Positions 47,291 through 58,768 of a stretch of DNA of 64,000 nucleotides are shown here, piece by piece. Source of the stretch: Escherichia phage vB_EcoM_G2469; sequence record MK327934.1. The stretch is one strand, 5' to 3'. Both the position numbers and the translations under genes were made by a program. The notes beneath the pieces were generated by a model, which searched no databases, was not told the DNA's origin, and was given only the letters and a program-made list of their open reading frames with translations. Position 1 is the first letter of the stretch. Each line of letters starts with the position of its first letter.

Positions 47291-48112
47291 TTAAGATTTC
47301 CAAACAGTATTCGCAGAGAAACGTTTTCCTTTTGACATAAACTGCTGAGTAGGTAACATGATTATGTTAGCCCAGTCTTTAGGAGCTATTTCTGTTATTG
47401 TTCCTCTAATGTGGCCTGGCAGGTATGCTTTAATCATTTTGTCAGCACCTTGAAATCCTTTCACCTTGCTCCAGTCTATCTTCAACTTTGTGTTATTAGT
47501 AATAGTAGTTGTGCTAGCATATTGCTTCAGCAATTCTTCAAGAAACTGTTGACGTGCTTTAGGCGGGATATAGTGCAAGTTTAACCCATACATCAAATTA
47601 TGTTTACCTAATCCTAAATAAATAATCAAAGGATATCTGTCCCAGTATGGCAGAGTATCTTTATGTTTAGCATCATACACGTAAGTATAAATTTTGCCTG
47701 GTGTAGGCTTGACTACTTTATGACCTTTTACACTTTTCTTAATTGTTTCAACAAACCACTTAGATGATTTGTTGTTTACTGCTGCGCCTTCATTTCTAAT
47801 CTTTTCTCGTATTGAACTGCGAAACGAGTTTATCATCAGAAGTTGACGTTCTTGCTTATTGAGTTTATTTTTAGGTTTAGATTCAAGCGTTTCAATTTTC
47901 TGTGCAGTCTTAATAGATGTTGCATATCTAGTCATTGCAGATGTAAACGACGAGTATTTTATTCCTTTTGATTCTGCAAATGCTTTTGCAGTGATTCCTT
48001 TCTCTTTAGCTTTCTTGTATTCTAATCCTATCTCAATCCATTTTCTTTCATTCATAGACTGAGCAATCTTAGGGGCTTGTACGCCTTCAGATATAATTTG
48101 GAATATGCTCAT
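47291..48112 (-). CDS. 2: DNA end protector protein gp2
   Basis: 273-aa ORF, size and position as T4 gp2. Confidence 0.75.
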   Translation of the reverse strand: MSIFQIISEGVQAPKIAQSMNERKWIEIGLEYKKAKEKGITAKAFAESKGIKYSSFTSAMTRYATSIKTAQKIETLESKPKNKLNKQERQLLMINSFRSSIREKIRNEGAAVNNKSSKWFVETIKKSVKGHKVVKPTPGKIYTYVYDAKHKDTLPYWDRYPLIIYLGLGKHNLMYGLNLHYIPPKARQQFLEELLKQYASTTTITNNTKLKIDWSKVKGFQGADKMIKAYLPGHIRGTITEIAPKDWANIIMLPTQQFMSKGKRFSANTVWKS

Positions 48113-48114
48113 AA

Positions 48115-48564
48115 TTACCCCTTGTATCCGAGTTTTCTAAGACCATCTTCGGTTAGAACTCGAAATTTTATATTTCTCTTTTCAGCAACGGCAGAAGCGG
48201 CTTTCCATTTGTCACAGTTCACAGACCACGTGTAGATTTCATTCATATAACGTTTCTTAGCCGCAGTTGTAAGATTCACCGGTTTAATAGGTGGCTGAGT
48301 TTCTTTCTTTGGTTTTATTTCTACAAAAAACTCTTGACCTGATGCATCTTTCATCCATATGTCCATATAGTATCGACGTTTCTTACCTTCAGCATTACAA
48401 AAATATGGAATTACTGCCGTTTCGCTGCCCCATGCAATAATTTCTGGATTTTTATCCAACCATTCGAAAAAGAATTTTTCCCAGTTTGAACGATACGTTA
48501 TTTTGGTATGGTCTCCACGGTATTTTTTTAAATTTTTTGGGACCCATTTACCAGAGTAGGCCAT
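48115..48564 (-). CDS. 4: head completion protein gp4
   Basis: Start [18 protein letters not shown] at ATG 48562-48564 with GGAGGA RBS; 150 aa as T4 gp4. Confidence 0.8.
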   Translation of the reverse strand: MAYSGKWVPKNLKKYRGDHTKITYRSNWEKFFFEWLDKNPEIIAWGSETAVIPYFCNAEGKKRRYYMDIWMKDASGQEFFVEIKPKKETQPPIKPVNLTTAAKKRYMNEIYTWSVNCDKWKAASAVAEKRNIKFRVLTEDGLRKLGYKG

Positions 48565-48575
48565 GTTGTCCTCCT

Positions 48576-48583
48576 TATAAATA
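48576..48583 (+). promoter_or_regulatory. T4-type late promoter TATAAATA for gene 53
   Basis: Exact TATAAATA about 43 nt upstream of the gene 53 start. Confidence 0.55.
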
Positions 48584-48590
48584 GTATTAT

Positions 48591-48598
48591 TATTTATA
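48591..48598 (-). promoter_or_regulatory. T4-type late promoter TATAAATA (minus strand) for gene 4
   Basis: Plus tatttata 27 nt upstream of gene 4 ATG; divergent from the gene 53 promoter. Confidence 0.55.
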
Positions 48599-48625
48599 CC
48601 AATTTCATATTGGAAGGAGACTATC

Positions 48626-49201
48626 TTGTTATTTACATTCTTCGACCCAATAGGATATAGTGCTAAAACAGTTAATAAGAATGCACCTACTATTCCTATG
48701 ACAGACATATTTCGTAACTATAAAGAGTACTTTAAGCGTGTGGCTGCCAATTATAGATTACGTTCTTATTACATTAAAGGCTCTCCACGTCCTGAAGAAC
48801 TAGCAAACATAATTTATGGCAACCCTCAATTATACTGGGTCCTTTTGATGTGCAATGATAACTACGACCCGTATTATGGTTGGATTACATCTCAGGAAGC
48901 AGCGTATCAAGCTTCTATTCAGAAATATGCTAATGCCGGTGGAGACCAAATTCTTTATCATATTAACGAGAACCGTGAGAAATTTTACAATTTGGTTTCA
49001 TATCCAGACGAGCCTTTAGTGTGGTACGATAAAGGTGATGAAGCTCGTAAGTATCCGCAATATAAAGGACCTTTAGCTGCAGTAGATACTTATGAAGCGG
49101 CTATATTGGATAATGAAAAACTTCGTAAAATAAAAATTGTTGCAAAAGAAGATATAAACTCGTTTATTACTGATTTGATTCGTGAGATGGAGATTGCATA
49201 A
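48626..49201 (+). CDS. 53: baseplate wedge protein gp53 (apparent TTG start)
   Basis: (M)LFTFFDPIGYSAKTVNKNAPTIPMTDIF... matches T4 gp53; no in-frame ATG before the conserved N-terminus; AAGGAGA RBS. Confidence 0.85.
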   Translation: MLFTFFDPIGYSAKTVNKNAPTIPMTDIFRNYKEYFKRVAANYRLRSYYIKGSPRPEELANIIYGNPQLYWVLLMCNDNYDPYYGWITSQEAAYQASIQKYANAGGDQILYHINENREKFYNLVSYPDEPLVWYDKGDEARKYPQYKGPLAAVDTYEAAILDNEKLRKIKIVAKEDINSFITDLIREMEIA

Positions 49202-50934
49202 TGGAAATGATTAGCAGTAGCCTTAATTGGTTCGTGGGTGTTGTCGAGGACAGAATGGACCCATTAAAACAAGGGCGAGTTCGAGTGCGAGTAGTTGGGC
49301 TTCATCCCGCGCAGAGAGTACAAGGCGATGTGCAGGGTATTCCTACAGAAAAACTTCCATGGATGACTGTTATTCAACCTATTACGTCTGCATCAATGTC
49401 AGGTATTGGTGGTTCTGTTACAGGTCCTGTTGAAGGAACTCGAGTATATGGTCATTTCTTAGACAAATGGAAAACAAACGGGATTGTACTTGGTACATAT
49501 GGCGGAATCGTACGTGAAAAGCCTAATAGACTTGAAGGTTTTTCAGACCCGACAGGCCAGTATCCGCGACGTTTAGGTAATGATACGAACGTATTAAACC
49601 AAGGTGGTGAAGCTGGTTATTATTCGAACTCTAACGTAATTCAAGATAACAACTTAGATTATGGTATAAACCCAGACGATACAGATTTAGCAAATATTCC
49701 AGAAGATGATGACCCTAATTTTACAATAACAGAAATGTTACGTCGTGACGAAGGTCTTCGTGATAAAGTGTATTGGGACCATCTCGGGTATCCTACCGTA
49801 GGTATTGGACACCTTATCGTAATGGAAAAGACCCGAGATATGTCTCGAATTAATAAATTGTTATCTGACCAAGTAGGGCGTGAAGTAACAGGAAATCCAG
49901 GGACTATTACATTAGAAGAAGCAACAGCGTTATTTGAGAAAGACCTTGCTAAGATGCAGAAAGACATTCGTTCTAATTCTAAAGTAGGTCCTGTTTATGC
50001 TAAAATGAACAGGTCTCGTCAAATGGCATTAGAAAACATGTGTTTCCAAATGGGCGTTGGTGGTGTAGCAAAATTCAATACTATGCTTAACGCAATGGCC
50101 ATAGGTGATTGGAAAACTGCATACAAATCTGGGCGCGATTCATTATGGTTCCAACAGACTAAAGGACGCGCTTCACGTGTAACAACAATTATTTTAACCG
50201 GTAACATGGAATCATACGGTGTTCCTGTTAAAACACCGCCTTCACCAGGAGTTGGTGCCGATTTAGTTACTAGAAATACCGATCCAGAAGACCCAGCTGG
50301 TCCTCCTGTTCCATTAGATTCACGCATCCTTTTTAAAGAACCTGAATCAAGTTATCGTGGTGAGTATCCATACGTTCATGCTATGGAAACAGAAAGTGGT
50401 CATATCCAAGAATTTGACGATACTCCAGGTAATGAACGTTATCGCTTAGTTCATCCAACAGGGTCATATGAGGAAGTTTCTCCGTCTGGGCGTCGTACTC
50501 GTAAAACTGTAGAAGACCTTTTTGACATCACTAATGGTGATGGGAACTTCTTGATTTCTGGCGATAAGCTTGTTAACGTTGGTGCTAATGAAATATATTA
50601 TAACATGGCAGACCGCCTCCATCAAATAGACGGCAATGACACAATCTTTATTCGTGGTAACCAATCTAAAACTGTTGAAGGCGATGGAACTCTTTACGTT
50701 AAGGGTAATATCAAAATAGTTGTTGATGGAAATGCAGATATTCTTGTTAAAGGTGATGCTAAAACTCAGGTCGAAGGGAATCATGATTACACCGTCAACG
50801 GAAACGTTAAATGGACTGTTAATGGTAATGTTGATATGACTGTTGCCGGTGATTGGGCAGAAACAATGTCTACAATGAGCTCAGTAGCTTCAGGACAATA
50901 CACTGTTGACGGATCTCGTATTGATATCGGGTAA
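49201..50934 (+). CDS. 5: baseplate hub/cell-puncturing protein with tail lysozyme domain gp5
   Basis: 577 aa, MEMISSSLNWFVGVVEDRMDPLKQGRVRVRVVGLHP..., lysozyme-like segment DEGLRDKVYWDHLGYPTVGIGHL, C-terminal repeats. Confidence 0.95.
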   Translation: MEMISSSLNWFVGVVEDRMDPLKQGRVRVRVVGLHPAQRVQGDVQGIPTEKLPWMTVIQPITSASMSGIGGSVTGPVEGTRVYGHFLDKWKTNGIVLGTYGGIVREKPNRLEGFSDPTGQYPRRLGNDTNVLNQGGEAGYYSNSNVIQDNNLDYGINPDDTDLANIPEDDDPNFTITEMLRRDEGLRDKVYWDHLGYPTVGIGHLIVMEKTRDMSRINKLLSDQVGREVTGNPGTITLEEATALFEKDLAKMQKDIRSNSKVGPVYAKMNRSRQMALENMCFQMGVGGVAKFNTMLNAMAIGDWKTAYKSGRDSLWFQQTKGRASRVTTIILTGNMESYGVPVKTPPSPGVGADLVTRNTDPEDPAGPPVPLDSRILFKEPESSYRGEYPYVHAMETESGHIQEFDDTPGNERYRLVHPTGSYEEVSPSGRRTRKTVEDLFDITNGDGNFLISGDKLVNVGANEIYYNMADRLHQIDGNDTIFIRGNQSKTVEGDGTLYVKGNIKIVVDGNADILVKGDAKTQVEGNHDYTVNGNVKWTVNGNVDMTVAGDWAETMSTMSSVASGQYTVDGSRIDIG

Positions 50935-50937
50935 TAT

Positions 50938-51453
50938 ATGGCACAAATACTTCCTTTAAATACCGACTTAGGAGAAGACATGGAAGGGGCGTCTATTGAC
51001 GTCCTTTTTACTCCACAGTTAGAAACAACCGAAACTTTAGTGTCAATAAATATAACAGATTATGAACCGACACAAGGCATTACGGTAGATGGTAATCGTT
51101 TATATGGAACATATGAAAGTGTGTTTAGCTTTTCTTCGGATGCATTGAAATACCGATTAAATGATGATTTTGAAACCGCATCTTCATGGGATGATTTACC
51201 AAAAGATGAATCCACACAGTTATATTTGTGGAGAGCTCCTCAGAATCTTCGTAAAGTGTTTAGTTATACGGTTGAAATGATTTATAACCACCAAGAAGAA
51301 AGTTCATCAGGCGGTTCTAGAAGTGACTCTGGTACAGAACCTCCACCGGCTCCAGTACAAAAAACTCTTACTAAAGTTTATACAAAAACTATAGTAGGAA
51401 ATTGGAGCAAATGGGCTCATCAATTACGAAACTATGTTTATGAGAGGCCGTGA
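50938..51453 (+). CDS. 5.1: baseplate-associated protein gp5.1
   Basis: 171-aa ORF directly after gene 5. Confidence 0.6.
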   Translation: MAQILPLNTDLGEDMEGASIDVLFTPQLETTETLVSINITDYEPTQGITVDGNRLYGTYESVFSFSSDALKYRLNDDFETASSWDDLPKDESTQLYLWRAPQNLRKVFSYTVEMIYNHQEESSSGGSRSDSGTEPPPAPVQKTLTKVYTKTIVGNWSKWAHQLRNYVYERP

Positions 51454-51455
51454 AA

Positions 51456-51749
51456 ATGTCTGGATTAAGTTACGACAAGTGCGTTACAACAGGTCATGAA
51501 GCATGGCCTCCTACTGTAATAAATGCTTCCCAATCTAAAGTGTTCACCGGCGGTATTCCTGTTCTTGTGGCAGGAGACCAAATAACACCTCATACAGAAA
51601 TTAAAAACCCATACGAGACTCATGGAGGTGTTACTGAACCTCGTACATCTAAAGTATACGTCACCGGTAAAAAGGCCGTTCAAATGGCTGACCCAATTTC
51701 ATGCGGGGATACTGTTTCTCAGGCCTCGTCAAAAGTCTTTATCAAATAG
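51456..51749 (+). CDS. 5.4: PAAR-like spike tip protein gp5.4
   Basis: [19 protein letters not shown]...; 97 aa. Confidence 0.75.
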   Translation: MSGLSYDKCVTTGHEAWPPTVINASQSKVFTGGIPVLVAGDQITPHTEIKNPYETHGGVTEPRTSKVYVTGKKAVQMADPISCGDTVSQASSKVFIK

Positions 51750-51757
51750 GAATTAAA

Positions 51758-53731
51758 ATGGCAAACACTCCTGTAAATTATCAGTTAGTCAGAACAGCGA
51801 ATGCTATTCCCGAGATTTTTATCGGGGGCACATTTGCCGAAATCAAACAGAACATTATTGAATGGCTCAATGGGCAGAATGAATTTCTTGATTATGATTT
51901 TGAAGGTTCGCGTTTAAACGTATTGTGTGACCTTTTAGCATATAACACTCTTTACATCCAACAGTTTAGTAATAGCGCAGTGTATGAAAGTTTTATGCGC
52001 ACTGCAAACTTGCGTAGTTCTGTTGTACAAGCGGCTCAAGATAACGGATATCTGCCTTCATCTAAATCAGCAGCACAAACAGAAATTATGCTCACATGTA
52101 CGGATGCATTAAATAGAAACTATATCACCATTCCACGTGGCACTCGTTTCTTAGCATACGCTAAAGATACTTCTGTTAACCCGTATAACTTTGTTTCTAC
52201 TGAAGATGTCATTGTAGTTAAAGACAAAAATAACCAATATTTTCCACGTCTTCGATTAGCTCAAGGACGTATTGTTCGCACTGAATTAACATTTGATAGA
52301 TTAAAACCTATCATTATTCGTGATAAGAATATTGACCGTAATTTGGTTAAGTTGTATGTTGACGGAGCAGAATGGATTAACTGGACTCGTAAGTCGATGG
52401 TTCACGCTGGTTCTACGTCAACAATCTATTATATGCGTGAAACAGTTGATGGGAACACCGAATTTTATTTTGGTGAAGGCGAAATCTCTATTAACACATC
52501 AGAAGGTGCGTTAACATCTAACTATATTGGTGGCCTTAAACCTGTTCAGGGTTCTAAAATCGTAATTGAGTATATTTCTACTAATGGCGCAGATGCTAAC
52601 GGTGCTGTAGGATTTTCTTATGCTGATACATTAGCTAATATCACGGTAATCGATATTAATGAGAACCCTAGCAATAACCCAGACTTTGTCGGGGCTGATG
52701 GTGGCGGTGACCCTGAAGATATTGAACGTATTCGAGAATTAGGCACAATTAAACGCGAAACTCAACAACGTTGTGTAACCGCTTCCGACTATGACACATT
52801 CGTCTCTGAGCGGTTTGGTTCTATTATTCAAGCGGTTCAAACATTCACAGATTCATCTAAACCAGGGTACGCATATATTGCTGCTAAGCCTAAATCTGGA
52901 TTGTATTTGACTTCTGTTCAACGCGACGACATCAAAAACTATTTAAATGATTATAACTTAGGGACTATTACACCTGTTGTTATTTCGCCTGATTATTTGT
53001 TTATCAAAATGAATATCAAAGTTACATACGCGTTGAATAAACTTCAAGAATCAGAGCAATACCTTGAAGGGCAGATTATTAATAAAATAGACCGTTATTA
53101 TATTGAAGATGTAGAAATTTTTAACTCATCGTTTGCAAAATCTAAAATGCTAACTTATGTCGATGATGCAGATATTTCTATTATTGGTTCTTCGGCTACT
53201 ATTCAAATGGTTCGCGAAGTACAAAACTTTTATAAAACGCCTGAGGCCGGTATTAAATACAATAATCAGATTAAAGATAGATCGATGGAATCTAATATAT
53301 TCTCGTTTGATTCGCACAGACCTAATCCAGAAAATGCAAACGAAACTATTAAATATGGTGTTCGCATAGTATCTTCTGACCGTAATGACCGTGGCATAGG
53401 TCAAGTTATTATTGGTCCATTTGCAGACGGCGATGTTGTTGAAAACGAAAATATACAACCTTATACAGGTAATGATTTTAATAAACTTACTGTTACTGAC
53501 GGACGAAACAAATACTATTCAATTGGTGAAGTGAATTATCCTGCCGATTCGATTTATTGGAACATTGCTAAAATCGACCTCACTTCAGATCGTTTTGAAG
53601 TTCAAACAATTGAACTTTATTCCGACCCTGCAGATGATATTATTTTTACAAAGGATGGTTCTTTAATCGTATTCGAAAATGACTTACGTCCTCAGTACTT
53701 AACTATAGATTTGGAGCCTATTTCACAATGA
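51758..53731 (+). CDS. 6: baseplate wedge protein gp6
   Basis: Start MANTPVNYQLV after an AGGA RBS; about 658 aa. Confidence 0.9.
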   Translation: MANTPVNYQLVRTANAIPEIFIGGTFAEIKQNIIEWLNGQNEFLDYDFEGSRLNVLCDLLAYNTLYIQQFSNSAVYESFMRTANLRSSVVQAAQDNGYLPSSKSAAQTEIMLTCTDALNRNYITIPRGTRFLAYAKDTSVNPYNFVSTEDVIVVKDKNNQYFPRLRLAQGRIVRTELTFDRLKPIIIRDKNIDRNLVKLYVDGAEWINWTRKSMVHAGSTSTIYYMRETVDGNTEFYFGEGEISINTSEGALTSNYIGGLKPVQGSKIVIEYISTNGADANGAVGFSYADTLANITVIDINENPSNNPDFVGADGGGDPEDIERIRELGTIKRETQQRCVTASDYDTFVSERFGSIIQAVQTFTDSSKPGYAYIAAKPKSGLYLTSVQRDDIKNYLNDYNLGTITPVVISPDYLFIKMNIKVTYALNKLQESEQYLEGQIINKIDRYYIEDVEIFNSSFAKSKMLTYVDDADISIIGSSATIQMVREVQNFYKTPEAGIKYNNQIKDRSMESNIFSFDSHRPNPENANETIKYGVRIVSSDRNDRGIGQVIIGPFADGDVVENENIQPYTGNDFNKLTVTDGRNKYYSIGEVNYPADSIYWNIAKIDLTSDRFEVQTIELYSDPADDIIFTKDGSLIVFENDLRPQYLTIDLEPISQ

Positions 53732-56700
53732 CAGTAAAAGCGCCAGCAGTCACAAGTCTCAGAATATCCAAGTTGTCCGCTAACCAAGTTCAAATACGCT
53801 GGGATGACGTTGGTGCTAATTTCTACTATTTCGTAGAAATCGCTGAGACTAAAACGGCAGACGGGGGAATAATTCCCCCTGCCAGCTACAGATGGATAAA
53901 TTTAGGATATACTCCTAATAGCAACTGGTTCGAAAGTAGCTTAGACCCATTAACTTCTTATATTATTCGTGTATCAACTGCCGCCGAAGGCTTCGAGAGA
54001 TCTGATTGGGTATATACCGAAATATTTGAATCATTTCAGACTAACGCGTATACATTTCAACATATGATTGAAATGCAATTGGCTAACACTTTTATTAGAG
54101 AAAAATTTACAAATAACAACATGGCTTATGTCGATTTTAATAACGACACTATAATGGCAGCTCTAATGAATGAATCGTTCCAATTTAGCCCTGCTTATGC
54201 GGATATTTCATCTATTAAAAATTTCATTATTGGCGAAAATGAGTATCATGAAATTCAAGGTTCGATTCAACAGGTGTGTCATGATATAAACCGTGTTTAT
54301 TTGATGGAATCCGAAGGAATTCTTTATTTGTTTGAACGGTATCAGCCTGTGGTTAAAGTCTCTAATGATAAGGGACAAACCTGGAAATCGGTTAAATTGT
54401 TTAATGACCGTGTAGGGTACCCTGTATCAAGAACAGTGTATTACCAGACAGGTTATACCACGTATGTTCTTGGGTATGATAAATTATTTTACGGCCGTAA
54501 ATCAACTGACGTTCGTTGGTCTGCTGATGATGTGAGATTTAGTTCCCAAGATATAACATTTGCTAAAATCGGCGACCAGTTAAATTTAGGATATGATGTA
54601 GAAATATTTGGTAACTATGCATCATTACCTGCTAACGTATCACGTATTGCAGAAGCTATCGTTTGCAATGACGATTATGTATACGTTGCTGCTCGAGATA
54701 AAGTTCGTTTTATTAAAACTAGTAATGCCCCTATCGATTCAGACCCGTTATCTCCGACATATTCCGAACGTTTGTTTGAACAAGAAACATTTAACATCAC
54801 AGGTAACCCTAAGGCAGTTTGTTATAAAATGGATTCTGTCGGTGGTAAAATATTTGCACTGATTATCGGTGAAGTTGTTAATCTTAACGATGACCCGAGG
54901 ACCACTCCTATTGTTGATTCTGCTGATAAGGGTGTTTACGTTCTAGACCATGATGCTGGCACATTTAAACGTGTGTTTGGTAATACTGAAGAAGAACGTC
55001 GTCGTATTGAACCTGGGTACACCAGTATGTCTACTGATGGTGTTGAGTTATCTATTTCATCTAGTAATTTTAAATTTCTAGAATCTGATATTGTTGATGA
55101 CCCAAAAACACAAATCAAGTACGGTTTAATCGGTGCTGTTAAATATGAGTATCCTAGTGAATGGCTGGCTGATAAACATTATCATATGATGGCATTTATT
55201 TCAACTGAAGACTCTCAATGGGAATCGTTCACTCCCCAACCAATGGAATACTATGCTGAGCCATTCTTTAGTTATTCTAGAAAGTCTGGTACTCGTTGTT
55301 GGATTAATAACTCAGACAAAGCCGTTGTAATTTATTCTGATTTACTTTACACTAAGGTTATTGAGAATCATCCACTTAGTTCTTTAGACCGTGAAGTTCA
55401 TGAATATTGGAAGGATGGCGACTGTACAATAGTGATGCCTAACGTAGATTTCACCGGATTTAAAAAATATGCATCCGGCATGATTTTCTATAAATCATCA
55501 GGTGAGATTATTTCTTATTATGATTTTAGTTATCGTGTTAGAGATAATGTTTCTATAATTTGGAAGCCTACTAATATATTCTTAACAGCATCGTTACAAA
55601 ACCAAGAAAAAGATACCACATGGACTCCTGTAGAAGAGAACGGCATTGCGGACCCAGATTTACGACCATTGCTCACTACAATGATGCCGGAGTCTTATCT
55701 TTTAGATAATACAAACTTCGAAGCATTCTGCGAGGCTTATATTCAGTATCTTTCTGACGGCTATGGGACCCATTATAACAACCTTTTAAATCTTATTAAA
55801 AATCAATATCCGCGCGAAGAACATGCGTGGGAATACTTATGGTCTGAGATTTATAAACGAAACATTTACTTAAACGCCGAAAAACGCGATTTAGTGTCTC
55901 GTTTCTTTGAATCAAGAAGTTATGACTTCTATTCAACTAAAGGAACTGAAGCATCATATAAATTCTTGTTTAAAGTGCTTTATAACGAAGATGTTGAAAT
56001 TGAAATTGAATCTAGTTCCGGGACCGAATATGATATCATCATTGAATCTGATTCGTTGACAGAAGATTTGGTCGGACAAACCATATATACCGCGACAGGA
56101 CGTTGTAATGTGACGTATATCGAGAGAAGTTACTCTAAAGGTAAATTACAATGGACTGTAACAATTCACAACCTTTTAGGACGTTTAATCCAAGGTCAAG
56201 AAGTTAAAGCTGAAAGACTCCCGGGTTTTGAAGGTGAAATTGTTCGTGGTATTAAAGGTAAAGAGCTTTCTCAGAACAACATCGATTACATAAATCGTGG
56301 TAGAGCATACTACGTAATGAAGATTAAATCTAAACTTCCATCATCTCGTTGGAAATCAGACGTATTACGTTTTGTTCATCCGGTTGGATTTGGATTTATC
56401 GCAATTACCCTTCTCACAATGTTTATTAACACCGGATTAACACTTAAACATGTTGAAACCATTATTAATAAATACAAAAACTATAAGTGGGATTCTGGAT
56501 TACCGACTAAATATGCAGACCGAGTGGCTAAATTAGACCCACAAGGAAATGTTGAGTTTAACCCTATTACAGGTGAAGCGATATACGAAATAGGCCCTAT
56601 GGCTGGTCAAGATTATCCATTGCCTGAAGATTATAACGCTGAAAACAATAACTCCATATTTCAAGGTCAACTTCCATCGGAACGACGTAAACTGATGAGC

Positions 56701-56826
56701 CCATTATTTGATGCGTCCGGAACAACATTCTCTAGATTTAGAGATTTGGTTGAACAACGGTTAATCGATAATGTAGGAAATCCAAGAGACCCCGTGAATC
56801 CACCACAGGTTAAATTAGATGAATGA
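53728..56826 (+). CDS. 7: baseplate wedge initiator gp7
   Basis: 1032-aa ORF, same length and position as T4 gp7. Confidence 0.9.
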   Translation: MTVKAPAVTSLRISKLSANQVQIRWDDVGANFYYFVEIAETKTADGGIIPPASYRWINLGYTPNSNWFESSLDPLTSYIIRVSTAAEGFERSDWVYTEIFESFQTNAYTFQHMIEMQLANTFIREKFTNNNMAYVDFNNDTIMAALMNESFQFSPAYADISSIKNFIIGENEYHEIQGSIQQVCHDINRVYLMESEGILYLFERYQPVVKVSNDKGQTWKSVKLFNDRVGYPVSRTVYYQTGYTTYVLGYDKLFYGRKSTDVRWSADDVRFSSQDITFAKIGDQLNLGYDVEIFGNYASLPANVSRIAEAIVCNDDYVYVAARDKVRFIKTSNAPIDSDPLSPTYSERLFEQETFNITGNPKAVCYKMDSVGGKIFALIIGEVVNLNDDPRTTPIVDSADKGVYVLDHDAGTFKRVFGNTEEERRRIEPGYTSMSTDGVELSISSSNFKFLESDIVDDPKTQIKYGLIGAVKYEYPSEWLADKHYHMMAFISTEDSQWESFTPQPMEYYAEPFFSYSRKSGTRCWINNSDKAVVIYSDLLYTKVIENHPLSSLDREVHEYWKDGDCTIVMPNVDFTGFKKYASGMIFYKSSGEIISYYDFSYRVRDNVSIIWKPTNIFLTASLQNQEKDTTWTPVEENGIADPDLRPLLTTMMPESYLLDNTNFEAFCEAYIQYLSDGYGTHYNNLLNLIKNQYPREEHAWEYLWSEIYKRNIYLNAEKRDLVSRFFESRSYDFYSTKGTEASYKFLFKVLYNEDVEIEIESSSGTEYDIIIESDSLTEDLVGQTIYTATGRCNVTYIERSYSKGKLQWTVTIHNLLGRLIQGQEVKAERLPGFEGEIVRGIKGKELSQNNIDYINRGRAYYVMKIKSKLPSSRWKSDVLRFVHPVGFGFIAITLLTMFINTGLTLKHVETIINKYKNYKWDSGLPTKYADRVAKLDPQGNVEFNPITGEAIYEIGPMAGQDYPLPEDYNAENNNSIFQGQLPSERRKLMSPLFDASGTTFSRFRDLVEQRLIDNVGNPRDPVNPPQVKLDE

Positions 56827-57823
56827 TTCAAGTGTTATCTATCGTGCAATAGTTACATCAAAATTTAGAACAGAAAAAATGCTGAATTTTTATAATTCAG
56901 TTGGGGATGGAGATGATAAGAACTCCATTTATATTACGTTTGGACGTTCAGAGCCTTGGGCGTCAAATGAAAATGAGGTGGGCTTCGCCCCACCTTATCC
57001 TACAGATTCTGTTCTTGGTGTTACTGATATGTGGACCCATATGATGGGCACCGTTAAAGTTTTACCTTCAATGTTAGATTCTGTTATTCCTAGACGTGAT
57101 TGGGGAGATGTGCGATATCCAGACCCTTACACGTTTAGAATTAACGATATAGTCGCATGTAATACTGCTCCGTACAACGCGACAGAAGTTGGAGCCGGTT
57201 GGTTAATTTACCGTTGTTTAGATGTCCCTGACGTAGGGCTCTGTTCAATAGAATCTTTAGATAATAAAGATGAATGTCTTAAATTGGGTGGTAAATGGAC
57301 TCCGTCTGTTCGTTCTATGTCTCCTCCTGAAGGCAGAGGCGATGCTAATGGGGTTATCGAAACCGGTGATGGATATATTTGGGAATATCTTTATGAGATT
57401 CCTGCCGATGTGTCAATTAACCGTTGCACTAACGAATATCTTGTAGTTCCATGGCCGGAAGAAATTAAAGAAGACCCTACGCGTTGGGGATACGAAAATA
57501 ACTTAACTTGGCAACAAGATGACTATGGCTTGATTTATCGTGTTAAAGCTAATACGATGCGGTTTAAAGCATATTTTGATTCTGTTTATTTCCCTGAGGC
57601 AGCTTTGCCTGGTAACAAGGGTTTTAGACAGATATCAATTATCGCAAACCCGTTAGAAGCTAAGAAAAATCCAAATGACCTTAATGTTAAAGCAGAAAAG
57701 GATTATTACGACCCTAGAGACCTGCAACGTCATTCTGGTGAAATGATTTATATGGAAAACCGACCACCTGTTATTATGGCAATGGACCAAACAGAAGAAA
57801 TTAACATTTTGTTTATGTTTTAA
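56819..57823 (+). CDS. 8: baseplate wedge protein gp8
   Basis: 334-aa ORF, as T4 gp8. Confidence 0.9.
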   Translation: MNDSSVIYRAIVTSKFRTEKMLNFYNSVGDGDDKNSIYITFGRSEPWASNENEVGFAPPYPTDSVLGVTDMWTHMMGTVKVLPSMLDSVIPRRDWGDVRYPDPYTFRINDIVACNTAPYNATEVGAGWLIYRCLDVPDVGLCSIESLDNKDECLKLGGKWTPSVRSMSPPEGRGDANGVIETGDGYIWEYLYEIPADVSINRCTNEYLVVPWPEEIKEDPTRWGYENNLTWQQDDYGLIYRVKANTMRFKAYFDSVYFPEAALPGNKGFRQISIIANPLEAKKNPNDLNVKAEKDYYDPRDLQRHSGEMIYMENRPPVIMAMDQTEEINILFMF

Positions 57824-57826
57824 TTA

Positions 57827-57850
57827 GGGAGCCTTCGGGCTCCCAATTTT
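57827..57850 (+). terminator. intrinsic terminator after gene 8
   Basis: gggagccttcgggctccc (7-bp stem, UUCG loop) followed by aattttg. Confidence 0.65.
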
Positions 57851-57853
57851 GTA
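57846..57853 (+). promoter_or_regulatory. T4-type late promoter TATAAATA for gene 9
   Basis: Exact TATAAATA about 43 nt upstream of ATG 57896. Confidence 0.6.
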
Positions 57854-57895
57854 TCTATAAATAGAATATAATATCGGACAACAAAAGGCAGAATT

Positions 57896-58768
57896 ATGGC
57901 ATTTTTTAAGCAAACTCCTAAACAATTAATCGATACTGGCGAAATTGGTAATGCCTCAACAGGTGATATCTTATTCGACGGTGGTAATAAAATAAATGAC
58001 GATATCAACGCTATTTACAATGCATTTGGCGATCAACGTAAAATGGCCGTAGCAGATGGAACCGGACCTACAGGTCAAACTATTCATGCCACAGGATATT
58101 ATCAAAAAGGAAAGGCTGTTGATTATCAAACTCCTATTAAACCCGGCACCATGCATGATATTGATGCTTCTGATGGTGGTGTGATTGTTATTATTGACCG
58201 TCCTGAATTAGGTGACTCGGTAGAATTCATAAACTCTAATGGGTCTATTTCTGTTAACAATCCTTTAAGTATCCAAGTAACTGATGGTTCAATTAAAGGT
58301 GTTCTTAATAATCTTGTTATTTCCACCCCTTATACCCATGTTGTTCTTCGTTGTGTTGAACTTAATGGGCCGACTTCAGTATGGAATTATTCTACTGATA
58401 GCATGTTTGGGCAGAAAGAATCTCCTGTCGATGGAACTTGGAGTCTTACAGGAAACACAGTTTCTATTCCTCTGTTTTATCGCACGGATTATAACATGGC
58501 TAAATTGCTTGTTACATGCCAATCCGCTGACGGTAGAAAAATAAAAACATGCGAAATAAATATTCTAATAGATACAATTAACTCAGAAGTTCTTTCTACC
58601 GAATTTGCAGTAATGCGAGTTGGTAATGTAGATGAAACCGACGAGATTGCTAATATTAGCTTTAGTATTATTAACAACTTTGCTACTATGACGATTACAT
58701 CAGATATTATTGGATTACGTGCAGCAGTTAAAATTATCTCAACTCAGAAAATTGGGGTCGCTCAATAA
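57896..58768 (+). CDS. 9: baseplate wedge / long tail fiber socket protein gp9
   Basis: 290-aa ORF, as T4 gp9. Confidence 0.9.
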   Translation: MAFFKQTPKQLIDTGEIGNASTGDILFDGGNKINDDINAIYNAFGDQRKMAVADGTGPTGQTIHATGYYQKGKAVDYQTPIKPGTMHDIDASDGGVIVIIDRPELGDSVEFINSNGSISVNNPLSIQVTDGSIKGVLNNLVISTPYTHVVLRCVELNGPTSVWNYSTDSMFGQKESPVDGTWSLTGNTVSIPLFYRTDYNMAKLLVTCQSADGRKIKTCEINILIDTINSEVLSTEFAVMRVGNVDETDEIANISFSIINNFATMTITSDIIGLRAAVKIISTQKIGVAQ

